Origin: Lama glama
Lineage: Eukaryota
Direction of reading: 5' to 3'
DNA: 64,000 nucleotides
Assembly: GCA_028534125.1 (NCBI GenBank)
Contig: CM052817.1
Span: forward strand, 107,510,001 to 107,574,000
This document shows positions 39,200 through 53,790 of the stretch, piece by piece. Under the pieces are notes generated by a model that was not told the origin of the DNA, did not search any database, and worked only from the letters and a program-made list of their open reading frames with translations. Numbering within the stretch: the first letter of the stretch is position 1; every line of letters begins with the position of its first letter. The translations under genes and the position numbers were made by a program.

Positions 39200-40800
39200 C
39201 ATTGCTGATGAAAATTAAGGCAGACCTGAATAAATGGAGAGATATACCATGTTCATGGTTCAGAGACTCAATATTGTTAAGATGTCATTTTCCCCCATGT
39301 CCCAAATAATCTGTAGATTTGAGGCAATTAAAACCTCAGGAGACTTTTTTTTGTAGAAATTGACAAGCTGATTCCAAAATTCATGTTGAAATGCAGAAGG
39401 ACTACGGCCAGTCAAACCATGTTGGGAAGGATAATAAAATTGGAAGACATGTGCTACCTGACTTCAGAACTGTTGTAAATCTATGGCAATTAAGGCACTG
39501 TAGTAATGGTGGCCAAATCGACCTATCAGTGGACCATAATAAAGGGCTCAGAAATAGACTCACATATGTATACGGTTATTTGAGTGTTGACAAAGGTGTC
39601 AAGGCAATTTCAATGGAGAAAAAAACAGTCCTTTCAACAAACGGTGTTGGAACAATTGGATATCTGTGTGCCAGTGAATGAACTTGGCACAATATACCAC
39701 AATGCATACAACGAACTCATACCTGACGCAAGACACAAATACTAACTCAAGCTGGATTATAGACCTAAACAGAAAAACTACACCCATGGAATTCTAGGAA
39801 GAGATCTTGTGATCTTGGATATTTTAGGTATGACACCAAAGATGGTGACCAAAGATTTCTCAGATACAATACCAAAAGCAACACTGGCAAAAGAACAGAT
39901 TGATTAATTGGATTTAGTCAAAGGTAAGGACTGCTCTCCCAAAGATACTGTTAACAGAGCAAACCAGTGAGCCAAGAACTGGGAAAAATATGTGCACTAC
40001 ATGTATCTAATGGAGTGTGTCTACCCAGAATACGTAGAAAGTATTCAATACTTCATAATAAGAAAGTAGTCAACAGATTTAATAGATACTTCATCAAAGA
40101 TTTATGAGTGGCAAGTAAGTATATGAAAAGATGCTTATCATCTTGTAAATTAAATCCATATTAGGATAGTAATTAAGATCCACTATCATTGAAAAGGCTA
40201 CCTATGTCATGAATCGGCAAGGATGTGGAAAAACTGGGACTCTCATAACTCCTGGTGGGCGTGAACAGCAGTACACCCATGTAGGAGAGCAGGTTGGCGA
40301 CAGTTAAACATTCACCTACCATATAATCCAGCCATTCTAACCTAGGACAAGAGTCACGAAAGCATGTGTTCATACAAATATTTCAAGACAAACCTTCATA
40401 GCAGCTTGGTTTGTAATAACCAAAGACTAGGAGCAGCACGAATGTTTAATAGATGAATGACTAAACAAACTGTGATCTAGCCATGCAACAGAATAATGCT
40501 CAGCATAGGTGAAACTCGAGATCATTATCCTGTGTGAAAGAATCCAAACAAAAAAGATTATGTAGCATATGATTCTGTTTATGTAAATTTCTAGGAAGTG
40601 ACTGAGGACAGAGGAAAGGCCATTGCAGGGGAACAGGAGGGTGGGTTTGTCAGTGAGGCACCAGGATCCTTTTGGGAGTGATGGATGTGTCCTTTATAGT
40701 CCATTGTGATGACGGTTTCTCAGAAGTATAAATATGTGAAAACATATAAACTGTGCACTTTAAATATCTTACTAAAGCTGATTTAAGACAAGGAAAGAAT
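39200..40800 (+). mobile_element. Old L1 ORF2 3' half and 3'UTR
   Basis: 'ctgaataaatggagagatataccatgttcatgg..actcaatattgttaagatgtc'; peptide KIGRHVLPDF. Confidence 0.88.
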
Positions 40801-42071
40801 ATTACAATTGTTTTTGATATAAATAAACATTGTTTCTTGGTTTATGAATGATTAAATTATAGTCATACATTTAATATAATTAAAAAACCTATTAAAGGAG
40901 ACTTTCCAATTTTGTGTCAATTTGATTTCTAATTAAGAAAATGTCTAGCTCTAGTTTTAAAAGCTTTTCCCATTGCATTTTGGAAAATAAGTGATTTCAG
41001 AAGGGGCAAAAGAGCCTGGGTGGTGTTTTACAAAACTAGCCAAATCTGGCAGAAAAAAAAATGCAAAGATGTTTTCTATTATGACAGCCAGCATCCAGTG
41101 AACATGTAGCTGTGACTCTGAGTCCCTGAGAAATTTAAAGAAATATACAGACTGTTCAGTGGGAAGACTGAAAGATTTTATTTGTCCCCAGAAAGCCCCA
41201 TGTCATGGGAGTTGGGCCAAGTCCTAGTTTAATTCTGACTCAGAGAGAGGGGCTTTCTCAAGGACTCTATAAGATAAAAATTTTAAAAAGTCCTTTCCCA
41301 TGACACACCCGAACACGAACACCTAGGGTAGGAGAACAGCCAAGCTAAGTCACAGCGTCACAGGCAGTTTGCTGTGCATCCCAATATGCAGACGCCACAT
41401 TATCCAGTTTTAACATAAAGAGACAGAGGGATTTTACAGATGAAAGACACGGGATGTCAGCAAGGATGCTCTAAAATAAATAGCTTGGAAGGCTGAAGAG
41501 ACCAAAGAAATCTCATGCAAAGATGTTTGGTGTTCCAGCGCAGGGCAGGAGGAGCCAGGCTGTTCCCCACCGTTGACAGGTGATCCGCATCCCCAGGTAG
41601 CAGCAGGACCCCGGAAGGGGTGCAAACACAGCATCGTTCAATAGCTGAGCTGATCTTCTGCGGGGTAAGCCAGCTTGTCTGTTACGTATAGTACACTCAT
41701 GGCGAAATACTTTCCTCCCTTTAAAATGCCCTGTGCCACACGTTTTGATGGGCAGATTGCTGCTGTCAGAGCGTGATACGCACTGTCCCTCAGCCTTCTC
41801 ACAAATTATGATCTAGGGTTGGGTGCACGAGTGTACATACAGAATCCTACAGAAGAAGCAAAGGGAAAAGATGCAGAAAAGAGAGAAATATTAATAACAC
41901 ACAGGTAACGACTCTGTCCTGTACCAGAATCGCACTGGTGTGTATAATGAGGTGACTAAGTAGGTGCTTAAAGCATTTTGCAGAGATCCCCTAAAGGAAG
42001 AATCTGGAGATGTAGAAAGAAGCCCGCATAATTTCCACCTTACATGCATGTTTTGTTTTATTTTAAGATTG

Positions 42072-42270
42072 CAGTTGACCGGAACAAGGTGGGGGCTCCA
42101 GGGGCGCCGACCCTCCACGCATTATAACTTAGGGTCGTCCTCCATATACCTGGGTTCTCACATCAGTGGATTCAGCCCATCGTGGGCCAGTGTCGTATTT
42201 ACCATTGAAAAATATCCGCAGATTAGTGGACCCAGGCAAGTCAAAACCGTGTTGTTCAGCAGTCAACCCT
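42072..42270. mobile_element. Tigger2-family (TcMar) MITE
   Basis: Starts cagttgacc; ends 'agtggacccaggcaagtcaaaaccgtgttgttcagcagtcaac', resembling Tigger2 termini. Confidence 0.7.
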
Positions 42271-43559
42271 AATCCCTTTTTTAATTTGTTTTTTTGCTTA
42301 GTGTCATTTTTATTTTGAACTACACGTGGTAAGAAATCATAATCTTCAGGTAGAAAGGGGGAAAAGAAAACGTTTATAGGTTGATAAAACCTAAAACAAA
42401 AAAGTTAATGGTGATGGAAGGTTTTACTCCATTGTAGCTTGTGACCTCAGTGTTTCCAGCCCCCATTAAAATCTTGTGCTTGATTTTGATTTAATTAATT
42501 GAACTTGATTTATGTTTTATCAGTGTGTTTCCTTAAAAATGGAATCTACACACAAAGAGCACAAGAGGGTTACAATGAAAAGCAAGAGTCCGCTCTTCCT
42601 AGACCCTCAGTTCCCCGCCTGGAAGCTCGCTCTTTATGTAGCCTGGCAACTTTTACCTTTTCCTGCTTGAATCTAAATATCGTGGCTCTAGGCAGATTTT
42701 GCTCTGATTGCTTTCGGAGAGAATGTAAGTCAAGTCACTGGTCATGGTGACCCTGAACATGTGACATTTATGCACATTTCGTTTTCTCTTTCATAACAAC
42801 AGGTGTTGGAGACAATAAAAATTAAGTTGACTGGAATGTTTTGTATCGAATAACAGTCCACTTTTATGAGAACTGTATCCCGCCATGAATGTAAGCATTC
42901 TTAGAATGAAGGCTGGATTTTTTTTTTTCTTTGAAGCAAACTGAGAAAAAAAGTATTTCCCAAGATCTTTGTCCCAATTGAAGGTTGGAGCACTGCATTT
43001 TTGGAGTTGTCTGTTAGCAGTACATGTGCAAAGCAAAGGCTCTGTGCTCCACACGTATTTTTGGAGTCCTTTGTTCCCATATTGATTTACTAATATATAT
43101 ATATATATATATATGATTCTCAAGGTGAATTAAAACTTGAGAAATTTATAAATACACTGAAATTTTTAAGGCTTGATTAAAATAACAACTAGTAAGTATC
43201 TGGGCCCAGTCCTTGGACTTTTTTTTGGCTTCATATCCTGAAGACTCTAAAATGTATGCCTCTGTTCTCAGACTTTCCTAATCTCTTACATCTGACCATC
43301 TACACAGCATCTCTAGTTAGATGTCTAACGGGCATATTAAGATGTCTAAAAGGGACTCTTAATTTTCCTTCCAAAATTCCTCTTCCAATTTTCTCCATTT
43401 TAATTTGTGGCAACACATCTCTCTGGATGCTGAAATCACAAGACTTCCTATCAACCTTGACTCACTTATCTTTTTCCTCATAAGGAAAAGTTGATCAAGA
43501 AACAACCCTTAGCCTTCAAAACACATCTTGTAGTGCAGGGTTTCACCTCTCACGGTGCA

Positions 43560-44030
43560 GTGTTTCACCAGTATGATCCAACAAGCTCACTCCTAGGTAT
43601 TTACTTAAGTGATATGAAAATATCTGTCCATGCTAACACTTATATGCAAATAATCCAAATTTCATAGAAGCTTTATTCATAATATTCATAATAGTTCCAA
43701 ACTGGATGTTACCCAAATGTTTATCCACTGGGGAATGGTTAAACAAATGCAATAAATCCACATAATGGAATATTACTCAGCAATAAAAAGGAACAAACTA
43801 TTGATACATTTAGCAACATATATGAATCTCAAAAATATTATAATCAGTTAAAAAAAAAGCTAGAGACGGAAGACTATGACTCTGTGGCTTCAAGTACATG
43901 ACATTTTGGAAGAGGCATTACCGTGGTGATGGGAAGCAGATCAGTAGATGGTTACCAGGGTTTGGGGAGGGGGGAGGGGATTAACTGTCAAGGGGCTCAA
44001 GGGAACCCCTCTGTGGTGATGGAAATTTAT
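43560..44030 (+). mobile_element. Old L1 3'UTR
   Basis: 'aatggaatattactcagcaataaaaaggaacaaactattgataca'. Confidence 0.8.
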
Positions 44031-46656
44031 TTTATGTATATTTGGTCAAAAGATAGCCTCCTTAGTCCAAAGAGGAAACACTTATTTTTAATGTATTATG
44101 AACTGAGGAATGTGCTCTCACATATTCCCTTTACTTTAAAAATATTTCTCAGTGAAGTTTATATCCCTTGTGGTCCTAAAAGTATGTAAGTAATTTTCAT
44201 GTAATGATCGATACTTTAGAAAGGGAGGCATTCAAGGATGTAGACAATAATCACAGTGGAACTAAGATTCTCCCCATCCATAACTATAATTTTAATTTTG
44301 CTTAACTTATTCTGCCTGAAATCTGGTTTCTCAGAAAAGAGAAGCTATCAAAAGTTTTATTCTTTCCATCTTGAACTTACAGTTTTCTCATTTAAAGTCA
44401 AATATTTACTGTATAAAAATATCGAAAAAAGGAAATGAGAGATGGGGGAGGCTTTGTCAGGCATTAGCATTTGCATCAACAACTACTCTATACCATAATA
44501 AATGTTAGTGTGCCTCAGAAAAAGTAAAGTACAATCAGATATCAAGTGAAAATGCACTTCAACATCCAAACAATCATATGTTATTCCTTAATTACTAACT
44601 TTAGAAGAGTACTCAATTAAATTAAATCTCCATAAAGTTAAAAACAATTTTTATTGAAGGATACCATAATAGAGAAAAGTGCACTGATCCTAAGTGTATA
44701 CAGATGGATGAGTTTTCAGAAAATAACCAAACTTGTAAACCACACTAGGATCAGAAAACATATGTATTTTTTGTTCATTTTATTTTGGGGTTTCTTGTCC
44801 TCTTTTTCTAAATGATTTTAGGAGTTCTGAATATGAGACCCTTGTTGTAATAGGTACTGCAGATATCTTATCCTACTTTCCATAAGACTCTATGTTTGAA
44901 AGAATTTTCAGAAAAACTTGATTTCTCATGTGTTGGAATGCAGCCCAAAACTTAACAGCTATTAGATCATCTCTGATATTTCAGTGTGAAAGCAGCCATA
45001 AACAGTATGTAAACAAGTGGATGTGACCAGATTTAGCCAGCAGGTCAAAGCAAGATAGGGGAAAAACCAGAGTAATTTGGTAGATACAATCTCAAATATT
45101 TGAGTGTTGCATTAACTATAAATGGACCAAATACTTCAGTTAAAACTATTTCCAATTTCTCTAGTCTAGGGAAAACACACTAGAACTAAGATGGTCAGAT
45201 TGTATTAAAAAGAAGCTAACAAGTAATTCACCTTAAATATAAGGCTCAGCAATGTTGAAAACAAAAGGATAGAAAATCACTCCATGCAAACACCAACAAA
45301 AAAGAATGCTTTCAGAATAATGACAAACACGGTAGACATGAAGGCAAAAATTATTACTAAAAATAAAGAGGGGTGTTTTAAACAATGAAAGACACCAACC
45401 ACCAGAGGCTGCTGGCCACCCTGTGGACGGGCTGTCTCTGGGTCAGAGGTCTACCCTGCTCCAGGCAGCTTGATCCAGGTACGTGTCCTGAGCTGGAGAG
45501 GCCCGTCAGCGGAGCAGGCACGCTGTGGCTTCTCTAGATAGGTGAGTGCCATCTGCCAGCAGCTTGTTCTGTCTGTGCAGCGCAGTCAATGAGCTCACCT
45601 AGCGAATGTTAAGGGACAAAGTTCTAAACAGAGCAGAGAGCAAAGTGAATCTCAATACAGTATTTCTTGCATTTTAGAGTTCCTATACACTTTCAAAACA
45701 TGTCTTGTAAATATAAAATTTTTATAGTATATGAAAGCTGGGACTCACTGGTGTCACATTTGTCTTCCCTGCAGACCATTCTGTATTGACTGATCCACAG
45801 CTGCAACTGGTACCTGGCCTTAGTCAACATTCTAAAATTTTAGGATAAAATGGCTCACATGTGACTTAATAAGCTTGAGTCCAAACACTCATTTATTTAA
45901 AGTTTAATAGTTAGAATTAACTTTTTGTAGAAAAAGCAATTCAGGAGGATCACCTGACATTGCTTTTGCTTAGCAAATTATCTACTGTATTACTGATTTT
46001 GCACTGGCTAGAGAAAACACCTTCAAAACAAAGGGAAGAAAATAATTCATTTTTCTTATATATATTTCAATTTTCTTCTTTATTGTATGTACTGAATATT
46101 CTAGGGTGCAGCTTAGTAAAAACATCACAGCTATTCAAGGAAAAAGTAGGTGATGCAAATAAATACAGTTTGTTTCTAAAAGTCTGTACATTCCAACTGT
46201 TGTAATTAAGAATAAAGGGAACGTCACATCGGTATTAGAAAATGTCCTGGATAGAATTAAAATTGGGGGATTTTAAAATCTCAACCTTCTCATTAACTGA
46301 TAATTAGAATAAGATACACTTGTCATTTGGCAAACTATTCGAACCTCAACTGACTTTACTCAATAATAAACATTTCATGGTATTGCAGATGACAAAGCCT
46401 GCAGTGTGGATCATCGCTAAAAGAGGTAGTCACTTTAAAACTTTATTGAAGATGGACTTTCAGCTTTGATCTATAAGAGGGTTATAGTCTACCTTAAGAA
46501 CAAATACACCATATATAAATTTGGTGCTAAGCTGTGGCCAGCTCTGCAAAACAGTTCATCATTCCAGCTCAACTATACAGTGTAGCCCCAGCTTGGAGTT
46601 CTGCCACCAATAAAGCAAATTATCCGCTATGCAATCCAAACTCTGAAGTGTGCTAC

Positions 46657-46809
46657 CTGACTCTTGAGGGAGTGATAGAGACGCTGTGGCTCTTCACAAG
46701 GGTCTCCTCAAGGATGCTGTAGGCTGTCCTGATGCACTTGTTTGCCGGGTGAGGAAGCTGACTTCCATCATGAAAGGGTACTGGGTGCAGGACCGAGGCA
46801 GGTTGCAGC
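46657..46809 (-). pseudogene. Relic exon candidate (153 nt, open in phase 2)
   Basis: Acceptor gatgtgtctttag|, donor CAG|GTAGCA; LQPASVLHPVPFHDG...ITPSRV. Confidence 0.35.
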
Positions 46810-47125
46810 CTAAAGACACATCGAGGCAGAACAACAACAAAAACTGACAGCAGAGCTGCATCTATGATGTATTGATTCTGCAGTGCTTTGGTGTGTAAGT
46901 TTAAGTCTTCTGAGTTCATTTTTTTATTGTACCAAGTTTTGTGATTTTGTGAAATTAGCCAAGACATAAAGACCTTTTACTTGTAGACTAGAATAGTGTT
47001 GACAAACATACCTGCATCATCAAAGCTGATGTATATTTAGGAGGAAAGTTTGGTTTGACTGCTGAGGTAAATCATTCTAGGCTGGAATCTGTTAGTGACA
47101 CTGTGACCAGTCCAGTCACATTCAC

Positions 47126-47240
47126 CTATGTTGTCCTTTATGACAACAGACAGAAGTGGGGTCAGCTCCAGGGATGCCCCTGTATCTTCCAGCAACAAAG
47201 CGTGGAGATGAGCCTAGGTCATTGTTCCATTTTGTGCAAT
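47126..47240 (-). pseudogene. Relic exon candidate (115 nt)
   Basis: Acceptor gtgtgtttag|, donor TAG|GTGAAT; open in phase 1 to 2, compatible with 46657-46809. Confidence 0.33.
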
Positions 47241-47844
47241 CTAAACACACGTATATGTTATGGCTCACACTTGTTAAAACCAGACTGAAGCAATTCACCA
47301 GGAATTGCTTACCAGTTTTTAAAAGTCCCAATAAACCAAAGTAAATAAGAGATTAAGGGCATTCCAAAGTCTGGTGGCTTGATAAAATGGACCAAGTTGC
47401 TCAAGGACTTTTAACTACAATGTTTATGTATTGTAAAAAGGGTTATTTAGTGATGGCATAATCAAGGAATGGGGAAAGCTATAAAAAGTTAATACAGTCA
47501 CCCTGAGTGACATCTCTGGCAGGGCAAACCCAGAGCCCTCTAATGAGCTATGACGAAATAGCAGATGCAACATTTGCAGGCATTCTGAGGCATATTTAAC
47601 CGTAAGGAAAAGGCAATAAGAATTTTCTTGCTTCAGCTTACATTTAAAGAGAAATGAAAGACGCAGTGATGAAGTAATATTTGCTCCTTCTTTCTGGTAC
47701 TTATCAGATAACACCATGGCAGACCCTCTTCCTGTTTGGACGATGGTGCTGTTTGGTAAGTACTGAAAAGGAGGGAGCAGGCATGACTTTGCCCCATTCA
47801 TTCAACTCCAGGTGCCTGTGCAGGAAAGAAAGTTGGTGTAGTTT

Positions 47845-48390
47845 TGTTAGAGCAGGCAGACAGCTAGATACGAGCAGAGAAAGGGGGCTTGGGTCAAATG
47901 GCAGGAAACCACACGTCTTATGAACAATGGGCATCCTCGGGCAGACAGAGGAAAGCAGGAACTACCAGAGTGATAAGATACCACACAATCTGGGGTGACA
48001 AAAGTGGGAAAAGGCAGGAATCTCCAGTGTCTGAGTGTAAATTCTTGCTCATTATGCCCTCATTTCAATAAAATTAGCCTTGCAGATTAGAAGTACCCCT
48101 CATGCACCAATGCCATGACACTTCTGATCCAGACTTAAATAAGGACAAAAATCCTTTCTCCTCTCAGAAACGTGGAGCTGGGATGAAAATCAGGAACTAT
48201 AACCCCAAACACCTCCCTCTCCAATGAATATTCCACCAACTCATTTTTACACCCTATTTAACCAGCTTGTCAAGGAATCTCAGGGCAGCTGCTCACCTGA
48301 GTCTCCCTTGAGAGCATCCTATCACTTAATAATAAATTCTCATCTCTGAATTCTTTCCGCAACAAGACAAGGACCTACTCTCTGATAGCA
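47845..48390 (+). mobile_element. ERV1-like solo LTR
   Basis: TG...CA termini, perfect 4-bp TSD gttt, internal aataaa; similar to 53791-54435 and 62714-63308. Confidence 0.9.
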
Positions 48391-48709
48391 GTTTGACATT
48401 AGGGAACAAAACAAAAGTGAATTGACTCATGTGGGATTGAGTCCATGATTTAGACTCAGAAAAGTACACCCCGAATTAGTGACTGCAGCCTTGGTAAAGC
48501 ATGACTGAATTTCTATTGAATCTCACATGCAGTTAGGATTAGAGTTAAAGTTAGGGTTCAGTGGAGATGGAGCAAAGGTGTGGGGACACTGCCATCTCCA
48601 GCACCACATTTTTAGTGATTATTTAGTAATTTTAATGAGTGAAAGAGGACAATCTAACGTTTGCAGAGAAGCAGGCACCAGATTTATTTTCCCTCCATTC
48701 TGTGGTGTA

Positions 48710-48830
48710 GCCAATAATGCCCCTATTTTTGTTAATGAGGAGACTGAGACATAGAGAGCTAAAGCAATTTGCCAAAGGTTATGCTTCAGGTCAGTGACAA
48801 AGCTGGGATTTAAACTTGGGTCTGTCTCCA
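48710..48830 (-). mobile_element. MIR SINE
   Basis: 'atgaggagactgagacatagagagctaaagcaatttgccaaaggtta..ctgggatttaaac'. Confidence 0.75.
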
Positions 48831-49184
48831 AATATTTACGTGTTATTCTAGACTAAGAGCGGCCACCAGGCTCACCTTTGGAAATTTAAGAAATACACAT
48901 GTGATAAGTTCCCTTATGGATTTGAGAGGAAAGGAAGGGAACAACTGATAAAACTTAAACATGGACTAAGGGTCGGAAAACAGCAATGTATCAATATTAA
49001 ATTTCCTAATTTTGGTAACCGTACTGTGATTCCAAAAGATAATGCCTTTGTTTTTGGAAAATAAACACAAGTTTATATATCTTTGTATATGCATAGATAT
49101 TCTATATCTCTGTAGAGATAAATATATAGATAGGAAGAGTGATAAAGTAAATGGGGCAAAATGCAAGTAATTGGTGACTCTGGG

Positions 49185-49590
49185 TGTAGACCTGCATTTT
49201 GCAAAAATGCTGACAGTACTACCTCTCATTCCCTAGTTCTTTCACCGGTACAAGGGCTTTATTTTCCCCCTCCGAGTTTGGGGTGGGGCATGTCTGAGGC
49301 GGAAGTGATGCTACAGGACTTTCCAGGCTGGATAATAAAAGGCGGTACAGCTGCTGCGCAGCTCACTCCTGGAGCCCGCCACGCTCAGAGGGGGCTCATG
49401 CAGGTCTCAGCCTGGCTGAGCTCTGAGCTCAGGGGGGCACTAACCTGCCAGCCCAGGGAGGCCCCATCCTGGAGTCAGGGCCAGTGGGGTCAGGGCCGTC
49501 GCTGCTGCTGCTGCCTGGAGCAGAGCCAAGCCTTCTCTCTGAGCCACGCCCAAAATACAGATCCTGAGCTAACAGAACAGATACTCAGAA
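49185..49590 (+). mobile_element. Old MLT1 (F/G/H-like) MaLR LTR
   Basis: 'gcggaagtgatgctacaggactttccaggctgg..gagccacgcccaaaatacaga'. Confidence 0.55.
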
Positions 49591-50400
49591 CTCTGGGCAA
49601 AGAATGGGGTGGGGAGCAGTTGCTCTTTCAGCTTTCTTACAGGTTTCAAACGACATGGAAATGGGAAATTCAAGGACACACATTGTCAGCCGAGGGGGGC
49701 TGACGTGGGATTCTAGAAGATGAGTGGCCCAAATGAAAAAATGCATGAGGAGTTGCCATACCGCTGGACAGACTTCAGCAGGAGACACCACGGGGTTAAC
49801 AATGCTTTATTCTATTGCCACAGGGAGGTGCGTGCACCTACGATGCACCTGTCCTGCTTTTTATCTGTTCTCTGCCAGCACATGCACAATGTGAATTTCT
49901 TTGTTCTTGAGGCTTTCAGAGTATCTCTAGTGCATGCGTACTTCGGTTTTCTTTGTTCTAAATCTTGTATAATTGATGCATACGTACAGTCATTATTACT
50001 GCATACTACAAACATGCTCTCATCATGGCCTTTCGTCCCACGGCCTTAACTCATCTCAAGGCCAGCTCACACACGCCCAGACCCTACTGTCAGAGCCTGA
50101 TTTAGTACAGGTGGGCATGTGGACCCTGAAACAACAAGATGAACCAGAAACAAAACAAAAAGATTTCTCGAGAGATTCTGATATATCTCTTTGTTTATAA
50201 ATCCCCTGTTCAGTCAAAAAGAAATGAATTGACGATTACTATAAAAAATTATGTTTCAATATTATGTCAATGAAGTTATGCTAGAATACTTAAGATATTC
50301 AATAAATTAATAACATATATAGATGAGTGAATTTTTAAGTTATCATCTGAAGTCTTTTTTAAAAATGTGATATTTCTTTCATTATTTGAGGTTTAAAGCC

Positions 50401-50558
50401 TTTTTTTTTTTTTTTTGGTAGGGTAGATAATCAGGTTTTTATGTTGTTGTTGTTTTGTTTTTGTTGTCGTTGTTTCTTTAAATGGAGGTACTGGGGGTTG
50501 AACCCGGGGCCTCATGCATATTAGCCATGCACTCTGCCACTGAGCTGTACCCTCCCCC
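50401..50558 (-). mobile_element. tRNA-Ala-derived SINE (Vic-1-like)
   Basis: 'tggaggtactgggggttgaacccggggcctcatgcatattagccatgcactctgccactgagctgtaccctcccc'. Confidence 0.9.
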
Positions 50559-51619
50559 TAAAGACATTCTAATGTGATTTTTTAGGTTCTTTCCAGTCTG
50601 TGTTTTCTCTTGTATGGATACTGCACTGTGGATTTTTTTTCCTATTCTACATGTGAAACTGGCATACTGAACACCTTTGTGGTGAAAATTTGGAGCACAT
50701 GGGTCACGTTCTTGCTGTAGACCCAGCCTCTAAGAAAGATGACTAGCCATCCAAACAGTGTGTCCAATTTTGGGATGTCTATGGATCAAGGCCAGCATCC
50801 AAGTGGTTGGGCTTCTCAAATGTACCTCGATTATCCTCCTGAGAAAGGGGTAAGGGTTGTACCATGTTGTTCTGACCAGGGACCCCCACCAGTGAATGAG
50901 GTAGATATTCGAGGTCCTTGACTGAAGAAACACGTCAGGAGCCCAGACAAAGCCAAATGAGGCAGGCATCCCACTTGGTCTAGATGCGAGCAGATCCTGG
51001 AAGCAGGTGCAGGAGCCCCTTTACGTTGACCAGGGGAGCCGTTCACATCAAGCTCTGGGCTGCCCAACTCTACCCATTAGTAGGGGCTGGGATCCCACAT
51101 CCTGTCCGAGGGATTCAGCTCCACTGTAGGGTCTGTAGTGTCTCCTCTTTGGTAATGATACCACCATCTGCCCTGTAGTTCAAGCCAATATCTGAGGGGA
51201 AAACCCAGATTTCTCTTCTGTTCTTCACTTCCAGAGCAAATTTCCAAGTCCTTTGGTCTTCCTGGAAAACACTGGGTTCACCAGATGAATCAGAGTGTGA
51301 AGAACGTGTGAGAATTTAGGGAATACTGTGTGCTGATGTGTGTTTTTGCAGTGGGCATTCCAGGGTTGTGAAGCATTTGAGGTGAAGATATTCCGTGCTC
51401 GTGTGGGTCAGTCCTGCCTTAATGAGAACACCTGTGCATTCTCACAACTGTGAAGTTTCCTTCCCCTTCATTTCGGTGCCCAATAATACTCCTGTACATG
51501 TATTCAGTTTTTTGATGTTCACAGGGTATTAATATGTTGGATCACTATGTATATTTAAGGTCATAAACAGCATTTATTACCTTGGTTTAAAAAAAGTTTC
51601 ACCTTCATTCCCACTCTCA

Positions 51620-52460
51620 GTGCCCGGGGTGAGGCCTCTGTGGTCTGATTACATGTGTTGCACCATGACAGTGGCTTCTAACTGGTGTCTTGGCCTCAAG
51701 CTGCTGGCTCATTCTGATTCACCCATCCTTCTTCCCTGACTGCAATGTTTAATGCAGTTAAACTTTTGTATTCTGCTCTTGATCAAAGTTTTCCAGTGTT
51801 TTCCCCGTGCAGGTTGAATTTCACGTCTTTAGGACTCAGGTGGCCCTTCCCAGTATGACTCTTGCCAGTCCTGCTTTCGAATGTAATGTTTCATCCCCAG
51901 TCTTCCTGAATTCACCACGCTCTCTCACTCTGCTGTACCTCTGGACAGGCTCTTCTCGGTCAAGATGCCCTCTCTCTATTTGCATCCTGCCTGCCCAGCA
52001 ATCTCCTGTCAGTGCTTCAAGACTCAACCCAAATACCATGTTCCATGTGCAGCCATCAGTGAACTTCTGCAGAACTTTGATCTCATCTCCCTTCCAGCTT
52101 TTATCATATTCATCCGACAGTCCGTATAGTTTATATATAAACGTATTGAGCATTTATATATATATATATATAGTATATATAGTTTACATATAAAGTATAT
52201 TGAACATTTACTATATGCCTGGCAGTATTTCAGACACCAGGGAGAAAGAATGAAATAAAACATATCAATTGATAAGTTCCTGGCCTTGAGTTGGTGAATG
52301 ACACTTGCAGTTGTTAATTCGCCCTCTGTCTCTTCTCTGGTCAGTATACACACCTGAGACCTTGTCTGAATTATCTTTGTATCCTGTCCGTCAAGCACCG
52401 TGTCTGGCCCATAGCAGGAACTGGACAACAATTTACAAGTGACTACTGAATGAATAACCT
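51620..52460. mobile_element. L2 fragments (both orientations)
   Basis: L2 3' end 'caccgtgtctggcccatagcagg..ctactgaatgaat'; antisense piece 'ttgaacatttactatatgcctggca'. Confidence 0.55.
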
Positions 52461-53790
52461 GGTGCTAGTTTCCAAAGGAGAAGCTGAATCAAGGAGAAAT
52501 GTAATAGGTGTCAAAGGACAGATTCTTTTTTGAAATTCTTATTTCAAAGATTTCCTTTTAACACAAAGGGAATGAAATATTCCAATGATCCTGTACCCTA
52601 AGCCAACCTCTACATGATGGTTTTCTTTCTTTCTTTGTATTTATATTAGTTTATGTCCTCTCCTGAGTAATTCATACATCGTGCTGCTGTTTCTAGGAAG
52701 ATATTTAACTTCTAAGCATTGATGGTCCCAGGACAATCACGAAGGAACAAATTCCATCGTGCTTGCCTTCAAACCCTCCTTTATCCTAGGGAAGCACTCC
52801 TTCCTCCGCAGCTAAACTCCCTTTCAGGGAAGGCTCTGATGTCATGGTATCAGGGGATTATTTACACCCAAGAATATGTGAATATGAATCTACTGGATTT
52901 GTCTTGATGCTAGTGGATGAATGGTAAGCTCTGATGCCGAGATAATTTCAACTAGTGGAATGTATATTTTTGATTATAAGAACTCCCCCCACCTCTCTGA
53001 AATCACGAAAGAGAAATGCTTACATGTGTATTCTTAGGACCTGCCTGCTATTTGTTTTTAGTGGTCCCCTTGGCAATTTTGAATATGAGTTGGTGGCTGG
53101 CAGTACTTAAAAAGTAAAGAACTGAAAAAGTGTGTTTTATCCCAATGCTAAAACACACGGACATACAGACGCGGAGACTGGAGCTATGAGTGGAATCAGC
53201 ACGTAGCCGCTCGAGGAGAAAAGCTGGCAGTGGTCACGGAAATAGTTACTATAATGGCCTCTTTCTAGAAAGATGCCCTCAGGTTTGATTTGCTGAAATG
53301 ACTCTAAGTATCTTTGGAGCAGAGAGAGTCCATCTCTCCTTGAGCAAAATTACTGTGGGTTTATTGTTTCAAAGTTTTCAGCTATAATGGTTCTATCCAG
53401 GACAGAACTGCTTGAAAGGAACAGCCATAAAACCCTTCCAGTGCTTTTATTTTGTAATGCAGTTTTGTCCCGTTCAATCCACTGAACTGCGGCCGGTGAC
53501 AGACACCATTACAGAGTTTCTGCCCTATGAAACAAGAGACATTAAAATTCTGTCTCTTGCATTCCCGTCTTCTTTTGTTTCCATGTTAGGAATATTTTTT
53601 CTTCTTTGAGTCCTCTATGTTTTATCAGAAACAAGGACGCTGATTTCAAATGTTGAAAAGGACAGAAAGGATGTCTCTTCTGGGCTCAGCGGTTACAGTC
53701 CTGCTGGGAGCATTGGGATGGTGCCTGGAATCGATTCATCGAGGCAGCCAGCTTGTAGTTATTATGTGAGAGGCGATTTCAATGTCCTGT

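Noticed and set aside
49161..49703. 180-aa ORF
   Set aside because: Lies mostly within an old MLT1 LTR and does not resemble a protein family
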